Assembly (NCBI RefSeq): GCF_037042905.1
Contig: NC_087255.1
Span: 29,450,001 to 29,514,000, forward strand
Reading direction: 5' to 3'
DNA from: Lytechinus pictus
Lineage: Eukaryota
Length of the DNA stretch: 64,000 bases
The position numbers and the translations under genes were made by a program. Below the pieces are notes generated by a model. The model was not told the DNA's origin. It saw only the letters and a list, made by a program, of their open reading frames with translations, and searched no databases. Shown in pieces: positions 39,513 to 53,185 of this stretch; positions within the stretch are counted from its first letter, which is position 1, and every line of letters begins with the position of its first letter.

Positions 39513-41003
39513 TTAGATTTAGATTTTATTTCCGTTCAACAATTTTTTCAAAATATAATCAAAGAAACAATACATATTCAATATAATCGATAATACAGAC
39601 AAATCAATGAAATTTCGTAACAAATGTTGAATATAAATTAAACAAAACTACAACTTGTTGCAGTAATTTTATCAATGAAAAGAAACAAGAAATGAACGGA
39701 GGGACTTGCCAAGAAAAGCAAAAGCTTGTAGAGAAGGCAAGCCCCTAAACTTAGTTTCAATACTAAATTATAAACAAACTATATATACAACTCTATACAA
39801 AAATCGAGACGGACACAGAAGACAAACTTAAAACAAGTAATCCACAAATATCAAAATAAAACGAATAAGCGACAACAAAAATAAGAGAAAGTAATTCAAA
39901 TAATAATAATTACAGTGGTAACACACAAAAAAAAGTACTTACAAAATCATAATCGGGAGGGAAAAGTGGCAAAGGAAAGAAAGAGGGAGATAAGGGCGGT
40001 GCAAATAAAAAGTGCAAATGAAAAGAGGAACATGGCAGGTGCACAGGTCGTAATGTATTGTATCATGTTGTAGTGTTGTTGTTTTTTTTATAAGTAAAGT
40101 TTGACAAATTTATTGGTAGTTAAAGGTTAAGTTATTATTAGTTTTAGTTTAGATTATGTGTTAGCTTGACTTGTAAGTGTGGAGTATTGACAAATGAGCA
40201 TCTTTTTAAGTTTCCGTTTAAAAATATTAAGGTTTGTAGATTCTTTAAAGTCGTTGGGCAGGGAATTCCAATACACAGGTCCAAAAAAGATAAAAGAGTT
40301 TTTCGCTAATATAGTACGGGTAGGGGGTAGGTGATAACAATTACGTTGTCTCGTTGGGTAATCGTGTATAGAGGAGTTTTTACAGAACATATTTGAAAAA
40401 ATTGTTAGGAGATCATCTTTGTTTAGTTTATACATAAATTGGGCGAGTTGGAAAAGATATAAATCACTCACTTTAAGAATATTATTTTGGAAGAATAGTA
40501 TATCTGTGTGTGATCTGAATTGGGTTTGAAAAATTATTCTAAGATCCTTCTTCTGCAGCAACAGTATTCTTTGTAATTGTGTTTGGATCGCACAACCCCA
40601 TGCCAAAATGCCATAATTAATGTATGGTAATATTAATGTATGATACAGTGTAAGTAAAGTGTGAGATGGGAGAGAATATTTGAGTTTGTTGATAATTCCG
40701 ATGTTTCTTGAAATTGTTTTGCATATATTATTGATGTGTGGTTTCCATGATAGCTTATTATCAATAGTAACCCCCAAAAATCTGGTCTCTGAAACATTTT
40801 CAAGAACAGTATTATCAAAAATTATGTTATCAGGTATTTTATTTATTCTGTTACTAAAAAGCATAAGATTCGTCTTTTGTAAGTTAAGTGATAGTTTATT
40901 CGCCTTAATCCAGTCAGTGACATGTATAAGTTCTGAGTTTACAATTCTTACAAGTTGGTTTACGTTATCATGAGAAAAGAAAATGTTCGAATCGTCAGCA
41001 AAC
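39513..41003 (-). mobile_element. 5'-truncated CR1/L2-type LINE (reverse transcriptase C-terminus and 3'UTR)
   Basis: ORF 40154-41005 contains FADDS, WIKANKLSLNLQKT, FLGVTIDNKLSWKPHI, LYHTLILPYINYG. AATAAA plus (TCTAAA)n-like tail near 39513-39530. Confidence 0.9.
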
Positions 41004-41021
41004 AATGTTCATGTTGTGACT

Positions 41022-41308
41022 CACTAGCGTACCTACGGGGGGGGGGGGGGGCAGATGGGGCAGACTGCCCCCCTGACAAGTCACAACCCATGCAAGGGAC
41101 ATATCCCTGCCCCCATGACGATTCTTGAAGACCTTTTTTTTTTTTTTTTGCTTGTCAAATTTTTTTCTGGTACGTAATCCTTTATTTGTGGTTGAAGACT
41201 GCTTGTCAAAATATTGTTGGCGGACGAGATCCTTTATTTGTGGTTGAAGCCTTTTTTTTTGGCGAATTTGCCCCCCCCCCCATGTGGAAAATCCTAGGTA
41301 CGCCACTG
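41022..41308. mobile_element. hAT-like MITE (CAGTGGCGTA-type termini)
   Basis: CACTAGCGTACCTA ... TAGGTACGCCACTG. TSD TTGTGACT/GTGTGACT. Confidence 0.75.
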
Positions 41309-43719
41309 GTGTGACTGTAGCATTACTGACCACTGATGATGGTATCTATCATGGTTACATAAAGGGAATTCAAAATCGAGGTCTGGTGATACCATTACTC
41401 CAAAAGCTATAAAACACTACGAAATATGACTAGATAAATACTTTAAAGAACAAGCCACGTTAATATAAAAGGAATATATATTATGAATAGTTTATTATCA
41501 GTTTTTATGTATATGTTTGTAAGTTATGAAAACTTATTCAGGTAAATAAATGGGTTTTTGAGGAAAATGATGCGGAATTTTGCATGCTATTATTACTGGT
41601 CATCGCAAAGGCCCTATGCACAAAATTTTCATAATGCTTTGAGTAATTTATCTGGGATATCGAACGGTTACAGATCCCAAGCAATCGCAAAACGACAGTA
41701 AAATCACAATTATCATTTGATAAAATTAAGAAGAATTGCTAGTAGGTCTTAGTGCCCCCTCCTCTCCAAAAAAAAATAGTATAAAAAGGTTATACTCACA
41801 TTAAGTACAAATTTTCAAGTTGAACCGGACCATATCAATCAAACAAGCAGCATTCACATCTGTTTATTGCAATATATTGCGTCCATAAACCTCTTATAGT
41901 ATGGATGATTAAGAAATAGTTTTGAAAAAGTATGAAACGATGTATATTTGTAATATTGTGATTTTATGGGATGTAAATATAAAAACCACATCTATTTACA
42001 TAAACCATATTTTATCTTATCAAAAGATCTAGTTCATTATCTAGTTTCTTGTTTACATTATGATATCCGCATTTGTTTCAAACCACTCCACTCAAATAAA
42101 TGCTCGACCACAGTAAACAAAAAAATGTGAATCACAATAAATCACCGACATGCTTTGACAACTTTGATCAAGACTGCCCTTTGCCACGAAACTAAATTTA
42201 ATGTTTGAATATTATTTCGCAACATCGCCTAGTTTATACAGAACAGGTTTGTAAAGCAGATGATCATCGCTTTCAATTTCTATAATAATCATGATAATGG
42301 ACATATTGAATCGCGGTCGAACAAACGCCAATTTTAGGGCTTCTATAGGGACTGCGCCAGGGAATTTTGATGGGGGAGGGGTAAGATAGCCTACTTTTAT
42401 TGCTCTATGGAATTAGCTTATTCACAGAGTTACACCACAGTTGCCATGTAGGACCTATACATCTCTTTTTAATGCTGTTATTTATTTTCTCTTCGCCCCC
42501 CCCCCTTCACTTTTCGAAAGATCTTAGGAGTACTTACCAGAGTAGTGAGTAAAATATCGATAAACTTGGTAGTGACCCATTGGCTTCTACGTCACTTCAG
42601 TATCAATTTCGGTTTGCAAGGTAAATGCGTTGGACCATGGACCTACTACTCTGTCCATGGTTGGACCGAGAGCAGATGATTAAGAGTCCTCGCATTATAG
42701 AAGAGACTCAATTGTGAATAAATTGTTGTAGTAAAAAACAATGATTTTACTTGTGAGAAGGGCCCCAGTATATGTATTACTATGCATACAAAATCGTAAC
42801 TTTTTTCTTTTTGCCAGGGAATATGTATTATGCTACGCGAACTCTCCCCCCCCCCCCCCTCCCGGGGCTTTTTCATCCACTTACTTTGAATTAAGACAGA
42901 TTATCCGTCAGATTTTGAATCAGTTTACAAGTCTTGTGGGGCGTTGCAAGAAACTTGCGATCAGTTGAAAGTCTATTTTTTTCTCGAAATTTAAGCATAT
43001 GCCATGTTATTAATTGCAAATTTGCTATTGATTGCTAATATGCTCCATGAAACAAGTAGTGTGACTTGATTTGCTATAGTTAAAAGTGATCAATCAATCG
43101 TAGTATTGCCACAGAATATTTGTGATTGATTGCAAATATTTTCTTGCAACAGCCCCTTGGACTTTATTTTTCAAAGTTTCACTTCAATATTTGAGCCAAG
43201 AGAGAGAGAAAGAGAGAGTTGCGGATTTAATCGAGCGACCTTGCCATTGTAAGGGCTAGAATACCAAATCTTGTTGCAGAATATCCAACATCGGCGAAAA
43301 CGTAAATACACGATGACACACACATACACAGTCACACCCACCAACAACCATCGAATCTGACACACGCACACGTGCGCGCGCACTACTATCTTAATTTTCC
43401 GTTTATGATTACAAAGAGCTCGTGGTAAAGATGAATATGATTCAGCAAAAACAGTGCATAAAACAAAAAATAACCAATAAAACTATCAACAATTTTTAGT
43501 CTCAGAGAAGTAGCTGTGTTAGAAAGGCATAGTCCTGTATTGAAAATAATAAAAAGAATGTTCATTTTTATTTGCGAAACAATCTAAACATTTATCAGAA
43601 AATAAACATCCCGTAAAATAATATGACGTATTGTGTGGGTATATATTGATTGTGTAATTTTGGATAGTACGTGGGTGTAGACCGACACGGTCTAAAGGTT
43701 TCCATTTTTAATGATTTCA

Positions 43720-44490
43720 CTTACTCGACTCGAAATAATTCCAAACCTAAGTAATATGACATGATTTCTATATCGAAAGCCTGACTTCGACTCAAACTCG
43801 AAATCATTCCACGACCCCAAACAACATGACTTGATCCGTCGATGGCTTCCATTGGAAACCATTACGACCCCCAAAATATCATCACATAACTCTTTATCAA
43901 TGACAACGGTTCTGATGTAAATTTGAAAAGCAAAAACAAAAGAAGAAGATTTTCACTACAAAATGCAGATCAAATTGGGAATTTGAAAAGAAAGAAAAAT
44001 TGAGGATTCAATAGAGAATTAATGTCATTGGGTGACATTTTTCCAGAATACCTGGGGGTACTGCCTATGGAGAATATTACACACAGCACCCCCACTTCCC
44101 AGGGCCATACGACTCGACTGGAAATAATTCTCAAATCTTAAATAACCCGAGTCCACCTCTATACACCAAAACATTCAACCACTCGACTCGACACTCAAAA
44201 TTAATCTTATTTCAATAGCGTGACTCAATCTCTATCAAAGACTTTATTCACTTAGTACGTCGACTTGAAATCAAGGACTTGACTTTATCAACTCTACTCG
44301 AAACCCCAAATAACCCGACTTGGACTCTACACTTCAATGACTTGGCTTACTTCACTCGACTTGAAACCATTCTGAACCCCAAAACAATTATCTATGATTC
44401 GACTTATATCAAGTACATAACAATGACTTGACTTACTAAACTTGACATGAAATCATTCTGAACCCTTAAATACCTGGCTCGACCCATAAT
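43720..44490. repeat. Degenerate array rich in GACTCGAC/GACTTGAC motifs
   Basis: Many recurrences of CGACTCGA, GACTTGA and ACCCCAAA. Confidence 0.55.
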
Positions 44491-45110
44491 AAAAATCCTC
44501 GTCCAACCTGGATCAAAGTGAGAGTGGAATGAGATGAAAGGTTTATACCATCATGCGGTGGAAATCGGTTGTGATTTAAGATGTGTGACTATAGGGAAGC
44601 AAAATTCAACTGATTTTCGGAGAGTTATTTGAGGTGTCACGCGCGTAAAACATTCCCCATAGACCTGTGTGTTAAAATGGCACTTAAGAAAAATTCATAA
44701 AAAATAAATATTAAATTAGACGGTCGAATGTTTACTACCTTTGGATAGGATATATATCTGACATTCCATGTCTGACCAGAGAAGGGTATCGTAGCCAGCT
44801 CATTTTAAAAATAAATTGCCATTTATGAAGATAACTATGATGGCATCAAATTCATCAACTGAAACAGTAAAATAGCCCCAATTCTTCCGCCAGTCAAAAA
44901 ATAGTTCCAAATCATCGATATATCTTCCCAATTTGGGCAAAGGAAGTTCAGTAGTTACCATTTCTAGAATCAGTGATAGATTTTGAATCATATTCATACA
45001 CGTTGACCAATCAGCAATATCAAATTAAAAAAATTCGAATGGGTTGGGTCGAACGAATATCTTTAGCCCTCCTGATGTAATTAGGCTCGTGGCTCCTTGA
45101 GAAGTTCGGT

Positions 45111-47413
45111 TTAGTGTCTGAGAGTTCCAATCGGATCATTGTGGTACAATGCCCCAAGATCGCCAAACTCAATATTTTCATACATAACATGAGCCATCAT
45201 TCGATCACTGGGGATGACCTGGGTCATATCGCCTGTGTTAGTGTATTCTGCTTCACGATAGGAACGAGGCCGCAAGTAGTCCTGGTTCTGTTCCAGTTTA
45301 TCAGGTTCTGGGTAAGGACTGGTCCTTAGCTCGACTTGAACTGAAACAGGTTCACCGCTGTTGTTTCCGGTATTCGAAATTTTGGCAGTGCCGCTTTTCC
45401 TGAAATTAAAGAAAAGAATATCGTTCTTATATTTTATTTTCTTTACGAAGATTGGTCCATCCCTACCCCTTAAGTCTTGTGTGTGTTAGTTTTTAAAACA
45501 TTTTCTCAAAATTCCATTGGTTTTTTATACATCAAGTAAAAATAACCTGTCCCCCATTTTATCCCATACCTACCCAAGCCAATGCAGGAAGGAAGGAATT
45601 TGAAAGTGATACGATACTCTCCTAAATATAGATGTAAGCTATGTCATGCGAGGTGCAAGCAAAGAAAATTGTCATTTACAACATGTTCAGGGCAGTTTTC
45701 ATACTGTTAATATGCTCAATCTTTGTAGTGTGAAGATATTTTCACACTGTGGACACCTCGACGTTGTGACTGTGCACACCATGTTCACATGGTCCATTAT
45801 GTGGATATTTCATTCACACTGTTAAAATGCTCAAATTTAACAATGTGACGGTGTGTTCACATTGTGTTCCACACTGAACACACCGTGGCACACACTGTGG
45901 GATAGTGTTTTTTTTTTCAGTAGGATATATTAGGAGGAATCTTGGAAAATGGGGTTGTGAATAATAAACAATAAATCACAATATAGACTAAATATCTTGA
46001 AATGTGCATCTTATTTCCCAAGTATGTTAAACACGTAAAACAGAACTGCACTATGAAAGTGATTTATCATTTTCTGCGTATGTTTTGTACAATGTATAAT
46101 CACGGAGTGTTTCTTTCAAGTCATGATCTATAATTGACGTTGACCATCATAGAATCAAAGTAGACACCTTTGAAGAGAATGTCATTCAGATTGAGACTGA
46201 CAGTGAACATCTAGTTCATCCATCTCTTTGTACAGGTCTATGATCTGAGAATCCAACTAGGGATTAATATAGGAAAATAAATTTTAATGGCACGTTGCAA
46301 GAAACTTGCATGTAATAACTAATGGAGCACAAGTCCCCAAATCAAACCCAAGTTTCCCTTTAAACTTAAATTTTCAGTTGAACGCATGTTACATCCATTC
46401 CTGCTACGAGAAACGCTCGATCAATAAAGCATAAATCAAGCGCAATCTTCGCAATTTATTCAAAATCAAACATGGTAACTTACACGTTAGATTAGGAGGT
46501 ACGTGAACAATTCCCTTACATACCTTTTTGTTTTGAATACGCCTATAATTGCCATCAAAAGAACGACAGCAAGAAAGGCAATGGAGACACCACCAGCCAA
46601 CACGATGATAAGCATGTAGTTTGGAAGGGATCCAACACCTTTATTGGGTTGAAGAAACAAAAGGAAACGAAAGACAAATGTTTTGATGCTGTATAATTTT
46701 ACTTGTTAGTTTAGTGGTCAAGACTGATTTGTCGTAGTTTGTATATATTTCCATATTAAGTGCACTTTGTCAAAAAAAAAAACGGACCCCATTCATTGCC
46801 ATTGGGAAATAAATCATGTCGGTTTTCATGGGCTATCCTGTCAAAGTATTTCGATACTTAATGTTATAATGTACCTTATTCCTGACAAATAAAATCAATC
46901 TTGAAGATACCGCAAGGTTCTCATATTTTCGTTCACCCTACCCCTTACCTTATCATAATCATATCCTATTCTCTATAGCAGGTGACCAGTAAAGTGAATA
47001 CATTACTATTATATCCTCCGATTTCTTATAGAGAATGGTGGAGAGTATAATATCGCACAATTATGTGGGAAGATTTCCACGCAAGACATGAATTAGTGTG
47101 GGACAAACAAATGTCTTATCTTTTAGTGACATTTGAAAAAAATAATCGGTATCGAATTAAAAAACAATACAAAGCATGACACATGTTTATTTGGACGAGT
47201 TAAAGCCCCACACACCGATCCCGTCTCAACTATTTGAGTTGCATTTTTCCTCGAAGTAACCGTTTTATTAAATGCAAATCTTACGCCCCCTGTACGGGGA
47301 GTCTAAATATAATATGAACAGGGATCAATATTTACGAATCATGTACCTGATGTCCCTTCGTCAAGTGGTGTCGTTTCAAGGGTTGTCATCGCATCCATGG
47401 TGGAAGTTGCCAT
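45111..47413 (-). CDS. Small single-pass membrane protein (156 aa) with no signal peptide or folded ectodomain; candidate transmembrane adaptor, or 3' remnant of a receptor paralog
   Basis: Exons 47347-47413, 46524-46638, 45111-45399 with GT-AG and matching phases. Translation: MATSTMDAMTTLETTPLDEGTSGVGSLPNYMLIIVLAGGVSIAFLAVVLLMAIIGVFKTKRKSGTAK...DYLRPRSYREAEYTNTGD...VMYENIEFGDLGALYHNDPIGTLRH*. Absent from the ORF track. Confidence 0.68.
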
Positions 47414-50400
47414 CAGATAGAACGGGATGATGACGGTGATGAAAGGACGTTGCGACGGTGAATATGATCAGTCGTGGTCGCTACAATGTTAGGCAATGAA
47501 ACAAATGAAAGCAAGGCAGGAAACTATTTCTTTTCCATGTATGAAAAAAAACGAATTACAGAGACCGGGGCAATAATATTTCAGTGAATTGAGTAGGATT
47601 TCAATGTGAGAGGGTGCCCCTCACAAAAAAGACATTTCAAGTCTTTACCGTCCAGAAATAAAGCTTGTATACGTATAATCGGCTCTACCATATCCAATCG
47701 AGTTTTCACAAGACTGTGAGAAGTGAAAAGTTGGAAAACGAGGCAGCTATGCTCAACAAATGATCTTTGGAAGAATGGACAAGAACAGATTGTATAGGCC
47801 TACAATTCATCACAATCAGAGAAAGGATACTTTAAGTTGATAAATTGGTGTAATGCGATGCCTTGCTCATATGGTATAAGGTCATCTGTACGGAGGCTCG
47901 AATTCCAAACTTTCATGTTGTCTTTTTTTGTCTGGAACCCCATATCAAGACCATCGTAAATCTGCACAATAACTGATTATAATGCAATCAACCTCTCCTT
48001 TCATAACTTAAATATTAAATTATTTTAGTTAGAATTATGGTAACTATCATGGCAATAGGGCCAAGCATCCCGTTAATGACGAATCACGATCAAGACTTAC
48101 ATGGTAGGTAGCAATAAGTATTGTGAAGTTGCCATAGTTGTATAAGTTTGAAACGGGTCCGAGGATAAATTGATCCCATGTACATAATTCGCATCCCATT
48201 GGATAGGCTAAGCCTATTATACATGTTTAAAGTATTCCGATTCTAATAAGTTCCCACTTCCAATCAGTCGAATATATTGGACTCCATTGAGCAAATAGGC
48301 CTATTTGGGCTGGTATAGACCGGTACGCATGCAAGGTAAACCTATTCGGTGTAATTAAACAAGATTGGGGCCAGTATATATTATCTTGATAGCAAATCCT
48401 AATTATACTTACATGGTACTCCTTAAAAAGTATGGTGCTTGAAAGTGGAAACTTAAAAAGTGGACCTTCCTTCTTATAAAAAGTAAATCCTCTCTCCTTT
48501 ATCACAATGATCCTGATAAAAAAGTCATTTCTTTTCCGCTTGTCTTAATTTTGATATGCGTTTTGTAGTTGAAAGGTTGATTTAGGCCTATATTTGTCAT
48601 GCGGTGTGGATCTCTACATACCGTATCTATTTCCTTGTTGTTTTATGAAAATTTCATGTAATCTATTAGACGAACAGTCCCTCCATGTTAATTAGCATTA
48701 CCACGAAACCAAGAAAACATATTTGCCATGATTGATAAATTGTTTACAATTTGAATAATAATTTCAAACGCATTATACAGTACTCAAGGTCGAGGGCGGT
48801 GGTACGAGGGAAAGGGTCGACATAAAAAGAGGAGGAAAAAAAAGGAGCAAAATTATCAAAGGAGAAACATTGACTTGGTAAATAACACTATTTATTCAAG
48901 GAGGAAAAAATGTTACACCCCTTAGGCCTTAATACCCGTCTTGCTCCCCTCCCCCATCGAAATATTTGGTTTTAGCTGGTACGGCAGGTATCGAAAAACA
49001 TAGGCGAATGATATTAGGCAGGAAGAAAAGCAATTGGTCTATGTTTAAGTCAATCCAAAAAAATTAGTGATCTTCGTGCAATTATTTCTGAGCAGCAATG
49101 ACTTGTCTCTACAATCTTATTACACAGTTTTCTTTGCAATTAATCGTCTATGCTATTCTTAGGAATTGTAGTATTGTAGTATTGTGTGAGTAAAAGAAAA
49201 TACTTGACACTTCACAAATCCCCAATTTAAGGAAAAATATGTCATAAACACATAGTCATTATATATGATTGGATAGAGTATCTTCTCTCAATTAACTTGA
49301 TACCATACATGCCATATTTATGAGGTATGTGTTAACGCTTGGATGATCAGGATGTATTCTTTGCAGTGATGTAAATTTAGATTTGCGCCAAAATATGCAG
49401 TGAATGAATTCCAGATGCCAATGATGTCATAATCCTACATGAGTTAGTATTCATTTGCAAATCCCTTTTCAATTAAATTAACTTGAGAATTGATACTGAA
49501 ATAATAGCAGGGCCCGCTGGTAGAACAGTTTTCGAAACTGAAGTGGCTACCCTGGGTAAATATACCTATATTATTATTATTATTAAATGTGTTTATTGAA
49601 TAATTGAAATGTAAATTACTGAAAAGGTGTTTTGAAATGGATTTTAATACAACTCTTGTAGGATTATGACATCATTGGCATCTCAATTCATTCATTATGT
49701 ACCGCCATGCCATAGTTTGGCGCAAATCAAAAATTACATCCCTGCAAATAATTCCTCCTGATCATCCAAGCGTTAACACCTACCACAAAAATATGGTTTC
49801 AAAATATTTGGGAGAAGATGCTCTTTCCATTCATGTATAATGATAATGCATTCATGACATATTTCTTTTATTTTTGAGGTGTCAATTTTTTTTACTCACA
49901 CCATTGAGGGTCAGCAAAATGCAGTTGCTGCTTGTCAACCCTTATCTATCTGAGAATTTGGACAAACATTTGTGGGGAGGGGGGGGGGGCAATGAGCGAC
50001 CTCTTTCGTATAGACCCTTCCTATTCATTATTGATTCTTTGATATAGATGAAAACGTGAATAAATTGACTCGAAAACGAAAAAAAATAGGTTTGCTAAAA
50101 TAATTGAGACTAAAATGCCGTGAAATATTTTGAAACCGTAGGCCTAGAAAGGGCCGAGTAACGATTTCTGGCGACCATAGTAAGATTAACAATAGGCACC
50201 CGTTTCACTAGAAAAAAAAATCAATCATAATTATAGATTGTTTCTACGTAATACCATTTATTTATATTATTTTGCATATTACTGTAAAGAATTATCACAA
50301 TTCACTTAAATCATTTAAAATCAGTGTCGTGCTGCATCAACTAATAGGCACGATAGGTCACTTATAACAATAATGTAGAACCTTGCAGCTTTGCAAGCGA

Positions 50401-50802
50401 AAGATTATCAAAATAGGTTAGATATCACGATTGTGAAAAATTGAAGATTCCTCACGTCACAAGATCACTCACATGAACCCTTTCAGTGATGTTGGAACTT
50501 ACAAAATTCACATATGGGATATCATCGAGAAGGGCAATATTTATAAAGGTTGCTTGTCTAATTCTCTAACTAATTTGTATTGTTTCTGTATTTGATGGTT
50601 AAACCAATATTAATATTAAACTGTACAATAATGTATTGAATCCCCGGCATGTACTCGCTCTCTGAACTGAAGGTTCTTATTCGTCAACGATGGTTAGGGA
50701 TGAAGAAATGGAACAGAACAGAATCAGATTCACATTTATATGAATTTACAGGCAAATTTTCAAGCCGTAAATCTGTCCATTCTTTCATTTCAGGAATACT
50801 AA

Positions 50803-50967
50803 TACCTCGGTCACATTTGCTCTTCGGTGGCCGTACGGTGAGTCGAAAACAGCACTTTTATTGATTTTTATTCAAACCATGTATATGTAGCTATTACAAA
50901 AAAAATGTCAAAACGGCTGTTTTCGACTCGCCGTACGGCCGCCGTAGAGCAAATGTGACCGAGGTAT
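50803..50967. mobile_element. Small Harbinger-type MITE (~50-bp TIR, TAA flanks); duplicated at ~55585-55747
   Basis: TACCTCGGTCACATTTGCTCT...GAGTCGAAAACAGC and its reverse complement. Confidence 0.85.
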
Positions 50968-52686
50968 AAGTCTTCTGATCAATTACCAAAATTCTACCCG
51001 TATGTTTGGTGGGTACATACTCAATTGTTAAATCAAATAGACGCAGATATCAATCATAGTAATAATAAACAGTTCTTGTATAGCGATTATAACATTATTA
51101 TGATTATAACGTCTCTGAGCGGTTCAAAAGGACTTATTACAATGGATTTAGTTTGGTGGTCGTAATATATATTTACAGCGTACTCGCATAATTAATTCCT
51201 GTAAGGTACACATTTACCCGCGTTGAGTGCAGCACAATGTGGATCAATTTCATGATTTTGACATGCTATTCAGAAAATGATATAACAAATTAACCATTTT
51301 GTCTTTTACCTCTCTCTTTTGTCCCCTCACTCATATTTGACACTTTTAATAAATTTTACTATGTCTATAATAAAAACTAGACTGCAAATTGCAAAACTCT
51401 GTGTCAAATAAAATGCGGCAATGGTAAATAATGAATCTAGTCTCACTACTTCAGACTCTACACTATGCGAATTGCAACAAAAAAATGTCTGTGCATGCAT
51501 ACTATAGGCATAGCAGCCAAGCAGCCCCCTTCCACATCTGTACGCCAGTGACTGCAACGAATATACTATCGAAGGCTTTTGATGTTTGGCGTTTACCTAC
51601 ATTGGATCTAATACGTGAAAATCTACGATATATGAAACACGATATATTATGTAACAATGATTCTAAATGATTTTAAATGGTAAATCATGAAGAAAACAGA
51701 AGGGGAAACCAGCAAGATGCAGCTTGTGCTGGGAATACCCGTGATGATTCAAACTTAATTCAAATTAAATATGACGAGCATTATGAAAAAATGTTATATG
51801 ACATGCAATAGAATATGAATTTAGAGCGAATCTAATTCATGAAAAGGGGATAATGGAATTATCAGTGGTCTGTTTTATAAATCTATAAAAAAAAAATGAC
51901 AAGCCAATCAAAATCACTGTTTGGCAGTTCCTAAAAGGTAAAGTTAATGAAACCTTTAATGAAACGGGTCCGTGGTGGCATATTCCTCCTAACTTTTTTT
52001 GGGTAAATGTTGACACCCATACCTACTCAAATCAGTCAAAAAACCACTTCCAATAATTTTATTCCAGATGGTTACTAATTACGGGATACTAGTAGTGGAA
52101 ATAAATAATATCAAGTATCATGCTATGCATAATAGACACATAAACAGGGAGGATTCTGATAATCTTCCCACAACTTAAAGCTATGGTAAGGGTAATGTTT
52201 TTGGAGAGGATTAATCTTACAAAAAGTAAAGAGACCATTGCATCTTAGTTCTGTTGATCGTTTCCAAATGCTGAATTTCGAATATTGAGCTAGTGACCGC
52301 CCTTTCTTAGAAATGTATTATTTTCTTCTTTAATAAAAGTGACCCGTTAGCAATTATCTTTTAAATCTATATAGTGATTAGATATAAGACAGCCTTCAGA
52401 CAATAATGGTATCCTGTAAATGATCATTCTAGGGCATATGGAATTATATTTGAAGGAAATACCGAGAAATCTAAATTTATTGTTCAACCGATCAAACAAA
52501 ATGTCATACCTTATCACAAAATTTATCCAATAAAGCGCATTTTTATTTGTATTCTTCACATTAGACTTGTTTTAAGGCAAACATAAAAAAAATTAAATAA
52601 TCCATCTCAAAAGTGAATGGGATTACCATAATTTTTAACAGACCCTCAGTTCGATAAGGATTTAAAATGTTCTTGAATCTGTTTAG

Positions 52687-53185
52687 CTAATCTTCTTGGA
52701 CGACTAAGTACTCATTAGGCTTATCCTTAGCTTCCGAACGGGGCCGATGTTCATAATAATGATGATTGAGGTTCTTTGGCGCCATCATGGGTGAGGGCGT
52801 CATGTCGATGGGAGCGCGTTGTTAGCCTATCCTTGACTCGTACATGTTACCCACGGCAAGTGTGGCAAGCTCACCACTCGAGGTGGTAGGATCACAAACA
52901 GAATATTCCGGTGGGAGATCATCAACTTTCGGTGTGTCTGGTAATGCTCCTAACCTACTCCCTTCAGAGGTACGGGGAATCTGTGTTGAGTATGTCGATG
53001 TGTAGTCATTAGAAAGTACATCCTTAGGAGCATCATAGATGGGATCATCCAGGCCTAATATCTTGCTTTCGGCGCATGGGTAAGACATACCTCCTACAGC
53101 ACCCATTGGTAGATTGGCAGCAGAGTTGGTATTACCGTGGAGGTCGCTGGCTAATGGCAGATCCCGGTTTCTTTTATTTACAAAT
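52687..53185 (-). pseudogene. Duplicated copy of the EGF-sushi receptor last exon with a premature stop
   Basis: 499-nt near-identical copy of 57526-58024. TAC>TAA at 52822-52824. The acceptor AG is retained. Confidence 0.8.

Noticed and set aside
40154-41005. 283-aa ORF as a host gene
   Set aside because: It is the RT C-terminus of a 5'-truncated LINE with no proper start.
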